Assembly: GCA_027018875.1 (NCBI GenBank)
Contig: JALUYA010000032.1
Span: 26,567 to 90,566, forward strand
Length of the DNA: 64,000 nt
Reading direction: 5' to 3'
Origin: Gammaproteobacteria bacterium
Lineage (GTDB): Bacteria; Pseudomonadota; Gammaproteobacteria; JAKDMP01
Shown here: piece after piece, positions 39,584 to 48,817 of the stretch
Layout: every line of letters starts with the position of its first letter
How positions within the stretch are numbered: position 1 is the stretch's first letter
Translations under genes and position numbers: made by a program
The notes under the pieces: model-generated
Databases searched by the model: none
Seen by the model: only the letters and a program-made list of their open reading frames with translations
What the model was told of the DNA's origin: nothing

Positions 39584-40896
39584 GGTTGTTCATCCTCCCG
39601 CCGCACCTGCCACAGCGTGGTGCCGCGATAGCGCAACAGGGCCGTCCCCGGCGGGGCACCGGCGCGGGCCAGGGTAGTGCTCAAGGGCTCGTGCCATGCG
39701 GTAATAGCACCGGCGTATTCTCCCGTGGGTTGGGTCTCGAAGCCGGCCACCAGCAGACACCGGCCGGTACACCGCCACAGGTGTTCGACGAAGGCGGTGT
39801 AGGCCGCCCGCTCGTGCTGGTGAATCAGAACATCGAGGCAAACCACCAGGTCCGCCGCCGGTGCGGTCTTTGCCCAGGCCAGGAAATCGCCGGCGACGAA
39901 GCCAAGATCGGGCCACTTCCGGCGTAATCGCTCAATTTGCTCCTCGGCGACATCGATCCCGGTATAGCGGGCTCCCCGCGGCAACGCGACGGATTCCCAC
40001 AAAACCCGATCACCACAGCCGACGTCGAGAATTGAATCGGGCGCGACCTCGTGCATAACGCGTGCAAGACACGCCTTTTTCTGCCGCCCCACGGAACCGC
40101 GCGAGCCAAGGCCCGAGCCCAGCTCGGGGTTTATTCGGTAGCGATCATTCCAGAAGCGGCGGTTATCGAACACCGCCCCCTCCCAAGGCGCAGCCACGCC
40201 GGCGGGAAGCCTCCGCCCGGGGGCGGCGAGCACCCGTACCACCGCGCGGGAGCGCTCGAGGGTGCCCCGACCGTCGCTATCGAGAAGCAATTCGCTCCAA
40301 CCACCGGGCAATGGGGTGGAATCCACGTCGCAAGTCAGAATGGGCTTGAACCGCCGCCAGGCGGGCAGTCGTCGAAGCAGATCGAGCCAGTCGGCCAGGC
40401 GCGTGCACCGCACCCAATCCACCGCATCCGGCACCGCGGCATCCGCACGATCGAGTTCGATATAGCGCACCGCGGATTGAGCCTCGACGCGGCGTAGAAT
40501 TTCGCGCCATGGCGTCACCCCACGCGCCAGCCCGGCAATGGCGACGGGCCCGTCCGCGTGGGTGGCGAGACGAAAGGTAAGCGGATCCCCATACAGATCG
40601 ATAACCCCGCGCCCGCGCAACCGCGAGGCAAGCTGTGCCTCGATCCGCGCCCGCGGGGACGGCGGACACAGAAACCGCATTGCCAGTTGCGCATCGAGCA
40701 GCGGGATACGGGCATGATCTTCTCCCCAGCTCCACTCGATCTCCGCACCATAGGCATGCAGGGTGGCAAACTCGGCGGCGGCCGCGGCCAACCCGGTGGC
40801 CTCCTCGGTGAAAGCCGCCTCGCGCCGGGCCCAGGCAAGCACGGTCTGTACATAGGCCAGCGCCCCCTGCGCGGCACCGGGACGGGGAGCCGTCAT
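39580..40896 (-). CDS. two-domain protein with C-terminal class I SAM-dependent methyltransferase (predicted flagellin-glycan methyltransferase)
   Basis: 438 aa; C-terminal ILDVGCGDRVLWESV...ARYTGIDVAEEQ...DLVVCLDVLIH SAM-MTase motifs; ~250 aa N-terminal domain unassigned; ATGA overlaps with flgL (40893-40896) and with the GT gene (39580-39583). Confidence 0.7.
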   Translation of the reverse strand: MTAPRPGAAQGALAYVQTVLAWARREAAFTEEATGLAAAAAEFATLHAYGAEIEWSWGEDHARIPLLDAQLAMRFLCPPSPRARIEAQLASRLRGRGVIDLYGDPLTFRLATHADGPVAIAGLARGVTPWREILRRVEAQSAVRYIELDRADAAVPDAVDWVRCTRLADWLDLLRRLPAWRRFKPILTCDVDSTPLPGGWSELLLDSDGRGTLERSRAVVRVLAAPGRRLPAGVAAPWEGAVFDNRRFWNDRYRINPELGSGLGSRGSVGRQKKACLARVMHEVAPDSILDVGCGDRVLWESVALPRGARYTGIDVAEEQIERLRRKWPDLGFVAGDFLAWAKTAPAADLVVCLDVLIHQHERAAYTAFVEHLWRCTGRCLLVAGFETQPTGEYAGAITAWHEPLSTTLARAGAPPGTALLRYRGTTLWQVRREDEQP

Positions 40897-42155
40897 GGCA
40901 GATAGTTGAACAACGACAGACTCTGCATCTGCACAAACGCCTTGGAGGCCGCCTGCAGGGCAAGGGAGGCCTGGTCGAGCCGGGTGATGACCTGCGGCAG
41001 ATTGGCGTCCTCGAGCCCGGAGCGAATCTGCTTGAACTGCGTCTGCACGGACTGATTGACCTGGGCCGCCGTCTGCGCCGCCTGAATCCGGGTGCCCACG
41101 GCCGCCTGGGTCGATCCGAGACGCGTCTGGGCCTGATCCAGGGACTCGATCACGGTATTGATTGCCTGCATGTTGCGGGCATTCTGGGCCGGCGACGCGG
41201 CCGCCGAAGTCAGCGCGGAATGCAGGTTAAGCAGCGTCTTGAACAGGCTTTGCCCGCGGCTGGGGTTGAGATCGAAGGTATCTCCCGAGGCGGGGTTACC
41301 GGCGAAATTGATCGCCAGGCCATCGAAATTGATCGTCGCCCCCGCGCTGAAGCTCCCGCTGGCCACCTGGGTTGCTCCAGCGTTCCAGCCCGCGCTCCCG
41401 ACCGCACCCGGGCCTCGCATTACGCTATAGTTCAATCCCCCCGAACCGCTGCTGAAGCGTATTTGATAACTGTCGCCGTTGGCCTGCAGGTAGGTGGCGG
41501 CCTGTACCGGATCGGTTACATTTCCCGCCGCGGTCGCCGTTCCGGTATTGGTGCTTCCCGCCTCGATGCTGAAGGTTCCGTTCCCGTCCGCAATGTTCAT
41601 GAACAGGGCGTTTCCCGGATCGCTAACCGGAATGGACTCCCCACTCGATATGGGTAAACTGCGCTGCCCGCCATCGCCGTAGTACTCGACCTGCGTCCCG
41701 CCGTTGTTCAAGGCAAACGGCTGGACATGGGTACGGCTGCCGGCGAACAGGTATTCTCCTCCCGGCCCCTGGGCATTGGCATAGCCGATCAATTGATCGA
41801 GATAGCTCTGCACGATCGCCGCGCCGTTGCGCCGATCCTGAAGGCTCAAGGTGCCATTGGCCATTTGCAGGGCCAGCGTCCGCACCCGGTTGACCAGCGT
41901 CGTCACGCTCTGCAACTGCGTGCTTTCATACCCGAGGGATTGCTGGGCATTGTCGGCGTTCCGGGCCCAGCCGCCGAAACGCTCGAGCGCCGTGTCGAGC
42001 CCGATCACCCGGGCCGCCGCGGCCGGCGCATCGGAGGGGCGGTTGATTTTCCGGCCACTGGAAAGCTGCTGATAATCGCTGTTGATGCGTGACTGCTGCT
42101 CGAGAATGCCGTTAATGGCAATCTGGTAAATTTGGCTGGTGCTGAAACGAATCAT
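40893..42155 (-). CDS. flgL: flagellar hook-associated protein 3 FlgL
   Basis: MIRFSTSQIYQIAINGILEQQSRINSDYQQLSSGRKINRPSDAPAAAARV... and C-terminal ...LEDANLPQVITRLDQASLALQAASKAFVQMQSLSLFNYL flagellin-like termini. Confidence 0.85.
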   Translation of the reverse strand: MIRFSTSQIYQIAINGILEQQSRINSDYQQLSSGRKINRPSDAPAAAARVIGLDTALERFGGWARNADNAQQSLGYESTQLQSVTTLVNRVRTLALQMANGTLSLQDRRNGAAIVQSYLDQLIGYANAQGPGGEYLFAGSRTHVQPFALNNGGTQVEYYGDGGQRSLPISSGESIPVSDPGNALFMNIADGNGTFSIEAGSTNTGTATAAGNVTDPVQAATYLQANGDSYQIRFSSGSGGLNYSVMRGPGAVGSAGWNAGATQVASGSFSAGATINFDGLAINFAGNPASGDTFDLNPSRGQSLFKTLLNLHSALTSAAASPAQNARNMQAINTVIESLDQAQTRLGSTQAAVGTRIQAAQTAAQVNQSVQTQFKQIRSGLEDANLPQVITRLDQASLALQAASKAFVQMQSLSLFNYLP

Positions 42156-42157
42156 GA

Positions 42158-44119
42158 TCACAGACTCAAAATGGAATTGAACAGTTGCGCGGCAATACCG
42201 ATGGACTTGGCCGCCGCCTGAAACGCCTGCTGGTAACGCAACATATCGGCCGCTTCCTGGTTCAGGTTGACGCCGGAAATGCTTTGCTGCGCCTGCTGCG
42301 CCTGGTTCAAGGTCGCCTGCTCGGCGTTCGCGGCCAATTTGGCCTGTTGCCCGGCATTGCCCACCATGCCGGTGAGATTGGCATAGGCCTGGCTGAAGCT
42401 CTCGCTGCCGTTTCCCAGGGTTTGTGCCTGGGCCAGGGCACCCATCGCCAGGGCATTGCGATTATCCCCGGATCCGGCCGGTTGCAATACAAAACTATCC
42501 AGGGTTTTCGGCGCGCTACCCGAGAGGGTTACCTGCCAGTAATGTCCCGCCGGTGCCGGGGGCGAAGGATAGGCCACTGCCAGGGTCGCACCCGAACTAT
42601 AGCTCCCGCTGGCGACCACGCCGCTCGCATCGGAAACCTGGTAGCTGCCGGGTGCCGTGAACTGTAACGTTAACGTCTGGCCGAACTCGGCGGCTGGAAG
42701 CACGGTGGCACCGACGGCGGGCGAAGTCACCACCTGCCCCGGTGAAATCGTCACGTTCCCGGTATTGGTATTGCTCAAGCTCCCGTTCACCAGGCGGCCC
42801 GGACTGGCAACATAGGGCAGAGCGGCGGCCACGGTATTGGGATCCGCCAGCACGGCCTGGATGCCGGTGGCGGCACCGGCCGTGGGTTTTAGCAGGAACC
42901 GGTCACCGTTGGCGGGAGTCCCGCTCACGGTGACGCTCAAGCCGTCGAAGCTCAGCGTGTTGCCGCTCACGGTTGGGCTCACACTCTGCCGGCCCGGCCA
43001 GGTCTGTACTGTCCAGTTTCCGCCCTGGTATTGCAGCTCGTAATTCGCGCCGGTGATTTTTGTGCTATCGGCAAGGGTCGCGGTCAGAATGGCACTGCCG
43101 GTGTTATTGTCGGCGGCGCCGACCTGCGGCGCCGGCACGGCAAACAGAGGCGGCCCGGAGATCCCATTCAGGTCGATACCCAGACTCTGCTGGCGGTTGA
43201 GGTCGGCGCCGACGGCCACGGCGATTTGCCCCAGCGAATTTTGCGCCTGGGCGATGGTGTCCCGGGCGGCGAACAGGCCGCCGAGGGTGCCTCCGGAAAT
43301 GCCGTTCGAGACCACCGCGCCGGAAGGCGCGTAAACCACATCGAGATTTTGCCCGTCCAGGTCGTTGGGCCGGGTCGCCAACTGAAATGCCTTGGAACCG
43401 GCCACCAACGCCTGCCCATTGGCCGTAAACACGCTGTAGCTACCTTGAGATTGCTGCAGCACCGATACCCCGACGAGTTGATTAAGCTGGGTGATCAGGT
43501 GGTCGCGCTGATCCAGCAGGCCGTTGGGCTGCGACGCCCCGGAAGGCTGGCTCGCCCCGCCGATTTCCACGTTCAGCCGGGCGATCTGGGCGGTCAGGGT
43601 ATTCACTTGATCCACGCTACCCGTGATCTGGTCATTGATATTCCGGCGCAGGGAGCGGATGGCCCCGCCGATGGCATTGAAGCGATTGGCCAGCGTGGCT
43701 GCCGCCGACACCACCGCCTGGCGTTCGGTGGCCCCGGAGGGATTACCGGCCAGGTTGCGCAGCGCCTGAAAAAACCCGGACAGGGCGGGAGTCAGATTGA
43801 CCCCGGAAGTTGACAGTATATTGTTCAACTGCGCCATCGAGGTCTGGCGCTGCGCCGCCGCCGCCGATCCCGCCGTCGCCTGCCACAGGCGGGTTTGCGC
43901 AAACTGACTGAAGTTTCGCGTGATCGCGGTAACTTCTACCCCCGAGCCCTGGATAACGCCCGTCTGCCCGTAAGGGACCTGCGGCGCCTGGATCACCGTC
44001 TCGCGGCTATAGCCGGGGCTGTTCGCATTGGCGATATTGTTGCCGGTCGCGGCCAGTCCGGCCCGCGCCGCATCCAATGCCGAGAGGGCGATTCGCGACA
44101 AGGAACTGATGGAACTCAT
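42158..44119 (-). CDS. flgK: flagellar hook-associated protein 1 FlgK
   Basis: 653 aa; MSSISSLSRIALSALDAARAGLAATGNNIANANSPGYSRETV... and C-terminal ...SGVNLNQEAADMLRYQQAFQAAAKSIGIAAQLFNSIL. Confidence 0.9.
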   Translation of the reverse strand: MSSISSLSRIALSALDAARAGLAATGNNIANANSPGYSRETVIQAPQVPYGQTGVIQGSGVEVTAITRNFSQFAQTRLWQATAGSAAAAQRQTSMAQLNNILSTSGVNLTPALSGFFQALRNLAGNPSGATERQAVVSAAATLANRFNAIGGAIRSLRRNINDQITGSVDQVNTLTAQIARLNVEIGGASQPSGASQPNGLLDQRDHLITQLNQLVGVSVLQQSQGSYSVFTANGQALVAGSKAFQLATRPNDLDGQNLDVVYAPSGAVVSNGISGGTLGGLFAARDTIAQAQNSLGQIAVAVGADLNRQQSLGIDLNGISGPPLFAVPAPQVGAADNNTGSAILTATLADSTKITGANYELQYQGGNWTVQTWPGRQSVSPTVSGNTLSFDGLSVTVSGTPANGDRFLLKPTAGAATGIQAVLADPNTVAAALPYVASPGRLVNGSLSNTNTGNVTISPGQVVTSPAVGATVLPAAEFGQTLTLQFTAPGSYQVSDASGVVASGSYSSGATLAVAYPSPPAPAGHYWQVTLSGSAPKTLDSFVLQPAGSGDNRNALAMGALAQAQTLGNGSESFSQAYANLTGMVGNAGQQAKLAANAEQATLNQAQQAQQSISGVNLNQEAADMLRYQQAFQAAAKSIGIAAQLFNSILSL

Positions 44120-44125
44120 CGCCGC

Positions 44126-44494
44126 CTACCCCTTGGCCAGGGTCGATCCGGCGGCCGGGGTCGCCCCATACACCGGCAAGCGACTCCGCCGGGCCAATGT
44201 CCGCTGGAGCCCCGCCAAGCGTTCATTCACCATTTCAAGGTTCCGCCGATTGGCCCGATACAGCTCGCGCGCCCGGCGCTCGAGTTCGACCGGGACCCGG
44301 GCCGCGCCGGGCGGCGCCTCCGCCACCCGGCGCCGGCTTACGGCCTCCAGGCGCGCCAACAGTTCGGCCCGGCGGGCAATAAACGGGGAAGCCTGCATCG
44401 CGTTTTCCCTGGCGAGCCAGGCGCTTTCCGCGTCCAGTAATTCGATCAGCGCCTCGATCAGGGCCGACTCCCGGGCGATCTCTGCGGCGGCCAT
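44126..44494 (-). CDS. hypothetical coiled-coil protein, FlgN-like (second FlgN-family paralog inserted between flgJ and flgK)
   Basis: 122 aa; GGGGAG RBS 5 nt before ATG; LIEALIELLDAESAWLARENAMQ...LLARLEAV pattern resembles FlgN export-chaperone family but canonical flgN lies after flgM at 53107. Confidence 0.45.
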   Translation of the reverse strand: MAAAEIARESALIEALIELLDAESAWLARENAMQASPFIARRAELLARLEAVSRRRVAEAPPGAARVPVELERRARELYRANRRNLEMVNERLAGLQRTLARRSRLPVYGATPAAGSTLAKG

Positions 44495-44504
44495 CTCTGC
44501 TCCC

Positions 44505-45470
44505 CTATCTCAACAAGTCAGTTAACGACACGGCGGGAAGAGACTTGAAAACCTCTCGTGCGCCCTCCAGCGCGGCCCGCATCAACGGACCCGAGGCAAT
44601 ACTTTCAAGCTTGGCCGCATAATCGGGGTCCGTGGCATAGCCCGCCCGCATCAGCCGTTCGCCCCAGCCCCGGGGCGAGATCGGCGCCTGCTCGCCCGGC
44701 GCCCCGAGCCGCGGCCGTACCAAGTTCACGAAATCCATAACCCCCGCCCGAATATCGGGATAAACGCGAAACTCCGCCCTGGTGGAGTAAAACCCACCGG
44801 GCGCATATTCCCGGGTGGAATCGTCGGCCGTCGGGCCGCGCCAATCCGCTCCCGCCTTGACGCCGAACAGGTTGTGGCTGGCCGCGCCCGCCGCGCCCCG
44901 GGGCTGGTGCCGGCCCCAACCCGTCTCCAGCGCGGCCTGGGCCAGCAGTGCCACCGGCGAGGCATTCAGAGCGGCCGCGGCGCGCTTCACCTCCGGAAGA
45001 ATACGGTGAATGAAATCGCGGGCCTGGAGCCTCGAGGCCGCTGCCGGAGCGGCAACCGTCCTTGCCGTTGCCGAGGGGGCGCTACGAGTCGGAATATTTT
45101 CCCCGTATCCGCCGCGAGGGATCGGCCCGGGATCCGCGGCCCACGGTTCCGCACCCCGCCCTGCAAGGATGCCGGTGGGTGATTTCCCCCCCAACTGTTG
45201 CTCCAGCAACCGGGCGATACCGAACGGATCCCGCGACGCGATGCGGCGGGAAAATTGCCCATTGAGCAGACCACGATACACCGAGCCGCCCGCCCCATCG
45301 GTCCCGGTGGGGCCGAAATGAACCGCTTGCATATCCTGCATCAAACGGTCTATCAGCAGGGCCTCGAAATTTTCGGCGGCGCGCCGCAGCGCCCCGGCCC
45401 GCGCGGCGGCGGGCCGGGGCGCTCGCGCCGTCCCCAGGCGAATATTCACCGCGCTCGCCGGCACCATCAC
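44505..45470 (-). CDS. flgJ: flagellar rod assembly protein/peptidoglycan hydrolase FlgJ
   Basis: N-terminal rod-binding domain (AAENFEALLIDRLMQDMQ) plus C-terminal glucosaminidase domain (ALLAQAALETGWGRHQP...HNLFGVKA). Confidence 0.85.
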   Translation of the reverse strand: MMVPASAVNIRLGTARAPRPAAARAGALRRAAENFEALLIDRLMQDMQAVHFGPTGTDGAGGSVYRGLLNGQFSRRIASRDPFGIARLLEQQLGGKSPTGILAGRGAEPWAADPGPIPRGGYGENIPTRSAPSATARTVAAPAAASRLQARDFIHRILPEVKRAAAALNASPVALLAQAALETGWGRHQPRGAAGAASHNLFGVKAGADWRGPTADDSTREYAPGGFYSTRAEFRVYPDIRAGVMDFVNLVRPRLGAPGEQAPISPRGWGERLMRAGYATDPDYAAKLESIASGPLMRAALEGAREVFKSLPAVSLTDLLR

Positions 45471-46579
45471 ATGACCTGCAGCTTGCCATGCAGGGCGCCC
45501 GCCTGCTTCATGGCCTGCAAAATGGCCACCAGATCGGAAGGCGTCGCGCCAACCGCATTCAGGGCCCGGACCACGGCGCCGAGCGTGGTTCCGGCACGGA
45601 ACAGGAGCACGTGCGCCCGCTTTTCGCCGGCCCTCACCCGAGTCTGGCGCGTGGTGACCGTCCGCCCCCGGGAAAACGGCGACGGCTGGCTGACCGTCGA
45701 AGTCCGGGTAACGGTGACGGTGAGATTGCCATGCGCCACCGCCACCGGGCCGATCCGCACATCGGCGCCGAGAACCACGGTTCCATTGCGCGGATTGATG
45801 ATAACGAGCGCGGGAGGGCGCCCCGGGCGAATCTCGAGTGCCTGGATATTGGCCATAAACCCGACCCGGGCGCTCGGATTACCCGGCATGCGTACCCGCA
45901 CCACCCCGGCATTTTCGGCTACCGCCGTACCCGGCCCCCAAACCGTATTGATCACTTGTTGAATGCGGTTGGCGGTGGCGAAATCCGGTCGGTCAAGCAG
46001 CAGGTTCAGCGCCGCGGCCCGGTCGAAGTCGGTATCGCGCACCGCGCGCTCTACCGTGGCTCCGTTGGGAATCAAACCGGAGGCCAGGCTGTTGACCCGA
46101 GTCGTCGCACCGCCGGCCGAGGCCCCATACCCGCTGACGATCAACGACCCTTGGGCGGCCGCATAGACCTTGCCGTCGGCCCCGTGCAACAAGGTCAACA
46201 ACAACGTGCCCCCGCGCAGGCTCTTGGCATTGCCCAGCGAAGAAACCGTAACGCCTATGGTTTGCCCCGGCCTGGCGAAGGGGGGCAACTCGGCGGTCAC
46301 CATGACCGCGGCCACATTTTTCAACTGCAACGTCCCCTGGTTGGCCGGGGGCACAATGCCGAAGCGCTTGAGCATGTTAGCGATCATCTGGGTGGTGAAC
46401 GGCGTCTGGGTGGTCTGGTCTCCCGTCCCGTCCAGCCCGACCACCAGGCCGTAGCCGATCAACTGGTTCTCGCGCACACCCTGTACCGTCACCAGGTTCC
46501 GTATCCGTTCGCCATGCGCCAGCAGCGGCGCCAGCAAGCCGAGCGCCAAAATTAATATCCCCATGCGTTTGCCATTCAT
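45467..46579 (-). CDS. flgI: flagellar P-ring protein FlgI
   Basis: 370 aa with signal peptide; RIRNLVTVQGVRENQLIGYGLVVGLDGTGDQTTQTPFTTQ... near-universal FlgI sequence. Confidence 0.9.
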   Translation of the reverse strand: MNGKRMGILILALGLLAPLLAHGERIRNLVTVQGVRENQLIGYGLVVGLDGTGDQTTQTPFTTQMIANMLKRFGIVPPANQGTLQLKNVAAVMVTAELPPFARPGQTIGVTVSSLGNAKSLRGGTLLLTLLHGADGKVYAAAQGSLIVSGYGASAGGATTRVNSLASGLIPNGATVERAVRDTDFDRAAALNLLLDRPDFATANRIQQVINTVWGPGTAVAENAGVVRVRMPGNPSARVGFMANIQALEIRPGRPPALVIINPRNGTVVLGADVRIGPVAVAHGNLTVTVTRTSTVSQPSPFSRGRTVTTRQTRVRAGEKRAHVLLFRAGTTLGAVVRALNAVGATPSDLVAILQAMKQAGALHGKLQVM

Positions 46580-46592
46580 CCGTTCGCCCTCC

Positions 46593-47255
46593 TCAGAACG
46601 GCCAAAGCATCAGCAGCAGGCGTTGCAGCCAACCCATGCGCTGGGCGTCCTGCATCGCGCCCGAGCCGGTGTAGCGGATCGTCTCGTCGGCGATCTGGCT
46701 GGAATAGACCGTATTGTTCGGCCCGATGGATGCCGGGCGCACAATCCCCGAAAGACGAATAATCTCCGGCCCCTGGTCGAGAACCACCTTCTTGCGTCCG
46801 GAGATCACGAGGTTTCCGCCGGGCAACACATGCGTAACAAGCGCCGTGAGCGTGGTGGTAAAACTGTTCTTCTGCGCGGCCTGCCCCCCGCCGCTGAACT
46901 TGGTCGCGGCACCCGCCTTGAGGTTGAAACCACCCGGATTCACGCTATTGAACAGGGCCGTGGCCGAATTATCCACGCTTCCCTGCCGATCCACCTTGGT
47001 GGCGGCCTGTTTGCTTGCGACCGCCTGCTCATTGATCAGCACGGTAATCACGTCGCCGACGCGCCGGGCGCGCACATCGGTAAACAGGCCCCGCACATCG
47101 TTCGTGGCGAAAATCGCCCCCGCGCTGTGCCGGCTCGGCGGCGGGGCCACGTCCGCCGTCGACCACCAGGGTTTGACCGGCGTCGCGGCGCATCCGCCAA
47201 GGAGCACCAGCCCGGCCAACAATGTCCCCCACCCGGCGTGTTGGTTCATGTCCAT
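46593..47255 (-). CDS. flgH: flagellar L-ring lipoprotein FlgH
   Basis: Lipobox LLGGC; ...GDVITVLINEQAVASKQAATKVDRQGS...GNLVISGRKKVVLDQGPEIIRLSGIVRP. Confidence 0.9.
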   Translation of the reverse strand: MDMNQHAGWGTLLAGLVLLGGCAATPVKPWWSTADVAPPPSRHSAGAIFATNDVRGLFTDVRARRVGDVITVLINEQAVASKQAATKVDRQGSVDNSATALFNSVNPGGFNLKAGAATKFSGGGQAAQKNSFTTTLTALVTHVLPGGNLVISGRKKVVLDQGPEIIRLSGIVRPASIGPNNTVYSSQIADETIRYTGSGAMQDAQRMGWLQRLLLMLWPF

Positions 47256-47270
47256 GGTTCTCCGGCGGCC

Positions 47271-48056
47271 TCAGAGGGTGTTGTTGGCGTACTGCATCAT
47301 CTGATTCGATGCCTGCACCATCTTCGAGTTGACTTCATAGGCCCGCTGGGTGGCGATCATGCTGACCAACGCCTGGACCACATTGACGTTGGAGGTTTCG
47401 AGAAAGCCCTGGCGCAGGGTACCGACTCCATTGACGCCGGGCTGGCCGGTGGTGGGCGGCCCGGAGGCGGTCGTCTCGAGATACTGGTTGTCGCCACTGG
47501 CCTGCAACCCCGCCGGGTTGACGAAGGTGGCCAGCTGCAGGTTACCGACTTGCTGCGCCTGCGCCTGTCCCGGCAGAGTAACCGAGACCGTGCCGTCGGC
47601 GGCAATGGTGACCGAGGTGGCTCCCTGGGGAATGGTGATCGCGGGCTGTAGCGGGTATCCCTCCGGGGTCACCAGCTGGCCCTGGTTATTCAGCTCCAAG
47701 TTGCCGGCGCGGGTATAGGCCAGGGTGCCGTTGGGAAGCAGCACCTGCAGGAAGCCGTTGCCGTTGATCGCCACATCGAGGGGGTTGTTGGTTTGGGTAA
47801 GATTGCCTTCGCTGAACAACCGCTCGGTGGCCACGGTGCGCACGCCGGTACCGATCTCAAGCCCCGAGGGCAGCTCGGTCTGCTGCGAGGACTGGGCCCC
47901 GGCCTGGCGCAGGTTCTGATACAGAAGATCGGCAAACACCGCGCGCTCGCGTTTATAGCCGGTCGTGTTGACATTGGCGATATTGTTGGCGATGACATCC
48001 ATGCGGGTCTGTTGCGCGTTAAGCCCCGTCTTGGCGATCCATAGTGATCTGATCAT
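47271..48056 (-). CDS. flgG: flagellar basal-body distal rod protein FlgG
   Basis: 261 aa [47 protein letters not shown]...[40 protein letters not shown]. Confidence 0.95.
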   Translation of the reverse strand: MIRSLWIAKTGLNAQQTRMDVIANNIANVNTTGYKRERAVFADLLYQNLRQAGAQSSQQTELPSGLEIGTGVRTVATERLFSEGNLTQTNNPLDVAINGNGFLQVLLPNGTLAYTRAGNLELNNQGQLVTPEGYPLQPAITIPQGATSVTIAADGTVSVTLPGQAQAQQVGNLQLATFVNPAGLQASGDNQYLETTASGPPTTGQPGVNGVGTLRQGFLETSNVNVVQALVSMIATQRAYEVNSKMVQASNQMMQYANNTL

Positions 48057-48074
48057 GATTTTCTTCCCCGCGGT

Positions 48075-48809
48075 CTATATCTGCAAAATTCTCGCCGCCA
48101 CCTGAGCATTATCGGCGCTCGTGCGGGCCAGGCGAATCTGGGTTTCAAAGGATCTGGAATCCTGAATTAAATTGAGCAAGGCATTGATGGTGTTGACATT
48201 ACTCCCTTCCAGTGCCCGGGGTTCCAGGCGCACGTCGGCCGCGCCGACCAGTGGCAGACGCGAACGAAACAGACCGTCCGCCCCCCGCAAAAGATTCTTC
48301 GCCGCTGGATTCACCAGCAGAATCCGGCCCAGCGTGACCGGCGCGTTGGGTTGCGAGCCCAGGGGAACCCCGGAAACCGTGCCGTCGGCCCCGATCACCA
48401 GCGAACTCATGGGCGGCACGGAGATCGGGCGGCGATTGCCTCCCAGCAGCGGATGGCCGGTGGCCGTTTCCAACAATCCGGTGGCGCCGACGGCAAGATT
48501 TCCATCGCGGGTCAGGGCGGGTCGGCCGTCCGGTGCCCGCACCACGATCCAACCCGGCCCGTTGATCGCCACATCGAGCGCCCGTCCGGTGCGGGTGATC
48601 GGCCCCACCGTGAGCTTGGCCCCCGCCGTCTGCGTCACGGCGTAAACCCGCGTCGGCAAGCCGCCGCCCACAACCGGGAGGGCTCTCGCGGCGGCCTCGG
48701 CGGCCCGGTACCCGGTGGTATTGGCGTTGGCCAGATTGTTGGCCGTCACCGCCTGGCGGCTAAGGGCGGCATTCGCCCCGCTCATCGCCACCCAAAGATA
48801 CGCATCCAT
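48075..48809 (-). CDS. flgF: flagellar basal-body proximal rod protein FlgF
   Basis: 244 aa; MDAYLWVAMSGANAALSRQAVTANNLANANTTGYRA... and ...EGSNVNTINALLNLIQDSRSFETQIRLARTSADNAQVAARIL. Confidence 0.9.
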   Translation of the reverse strand: MDAYLWVAMSGANAALSRQAVTANNLANANTTGYRAAEAAARALPVVGGGLPTRVYAVTQTAGAKLTVGPITRTGRALDVAINGPGWIVVRAPDGRPALTRDGNLAVGATGLLETATGHPLLGGNRRPISVPPMSSLVIGADGTVSGVPLGSQPNAPVTLGRILLVNPAAKNLLRGADGLFRSRLPLVGAADVRLEPRALEGSNVNTINALLNLIQDSRSFETQIRLARTSADNAQVAARILQI

Positions 48810-48817
48810 GGCGGGCC

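Noticed and set aside
44126-44494. Calling this ORF the canonical flgN
   Set aside because: A better FlgN candidate with conserved flgM-flgN linkage exists at 53107-53508. This one is reported as FlgN-like or hypothetical instead.
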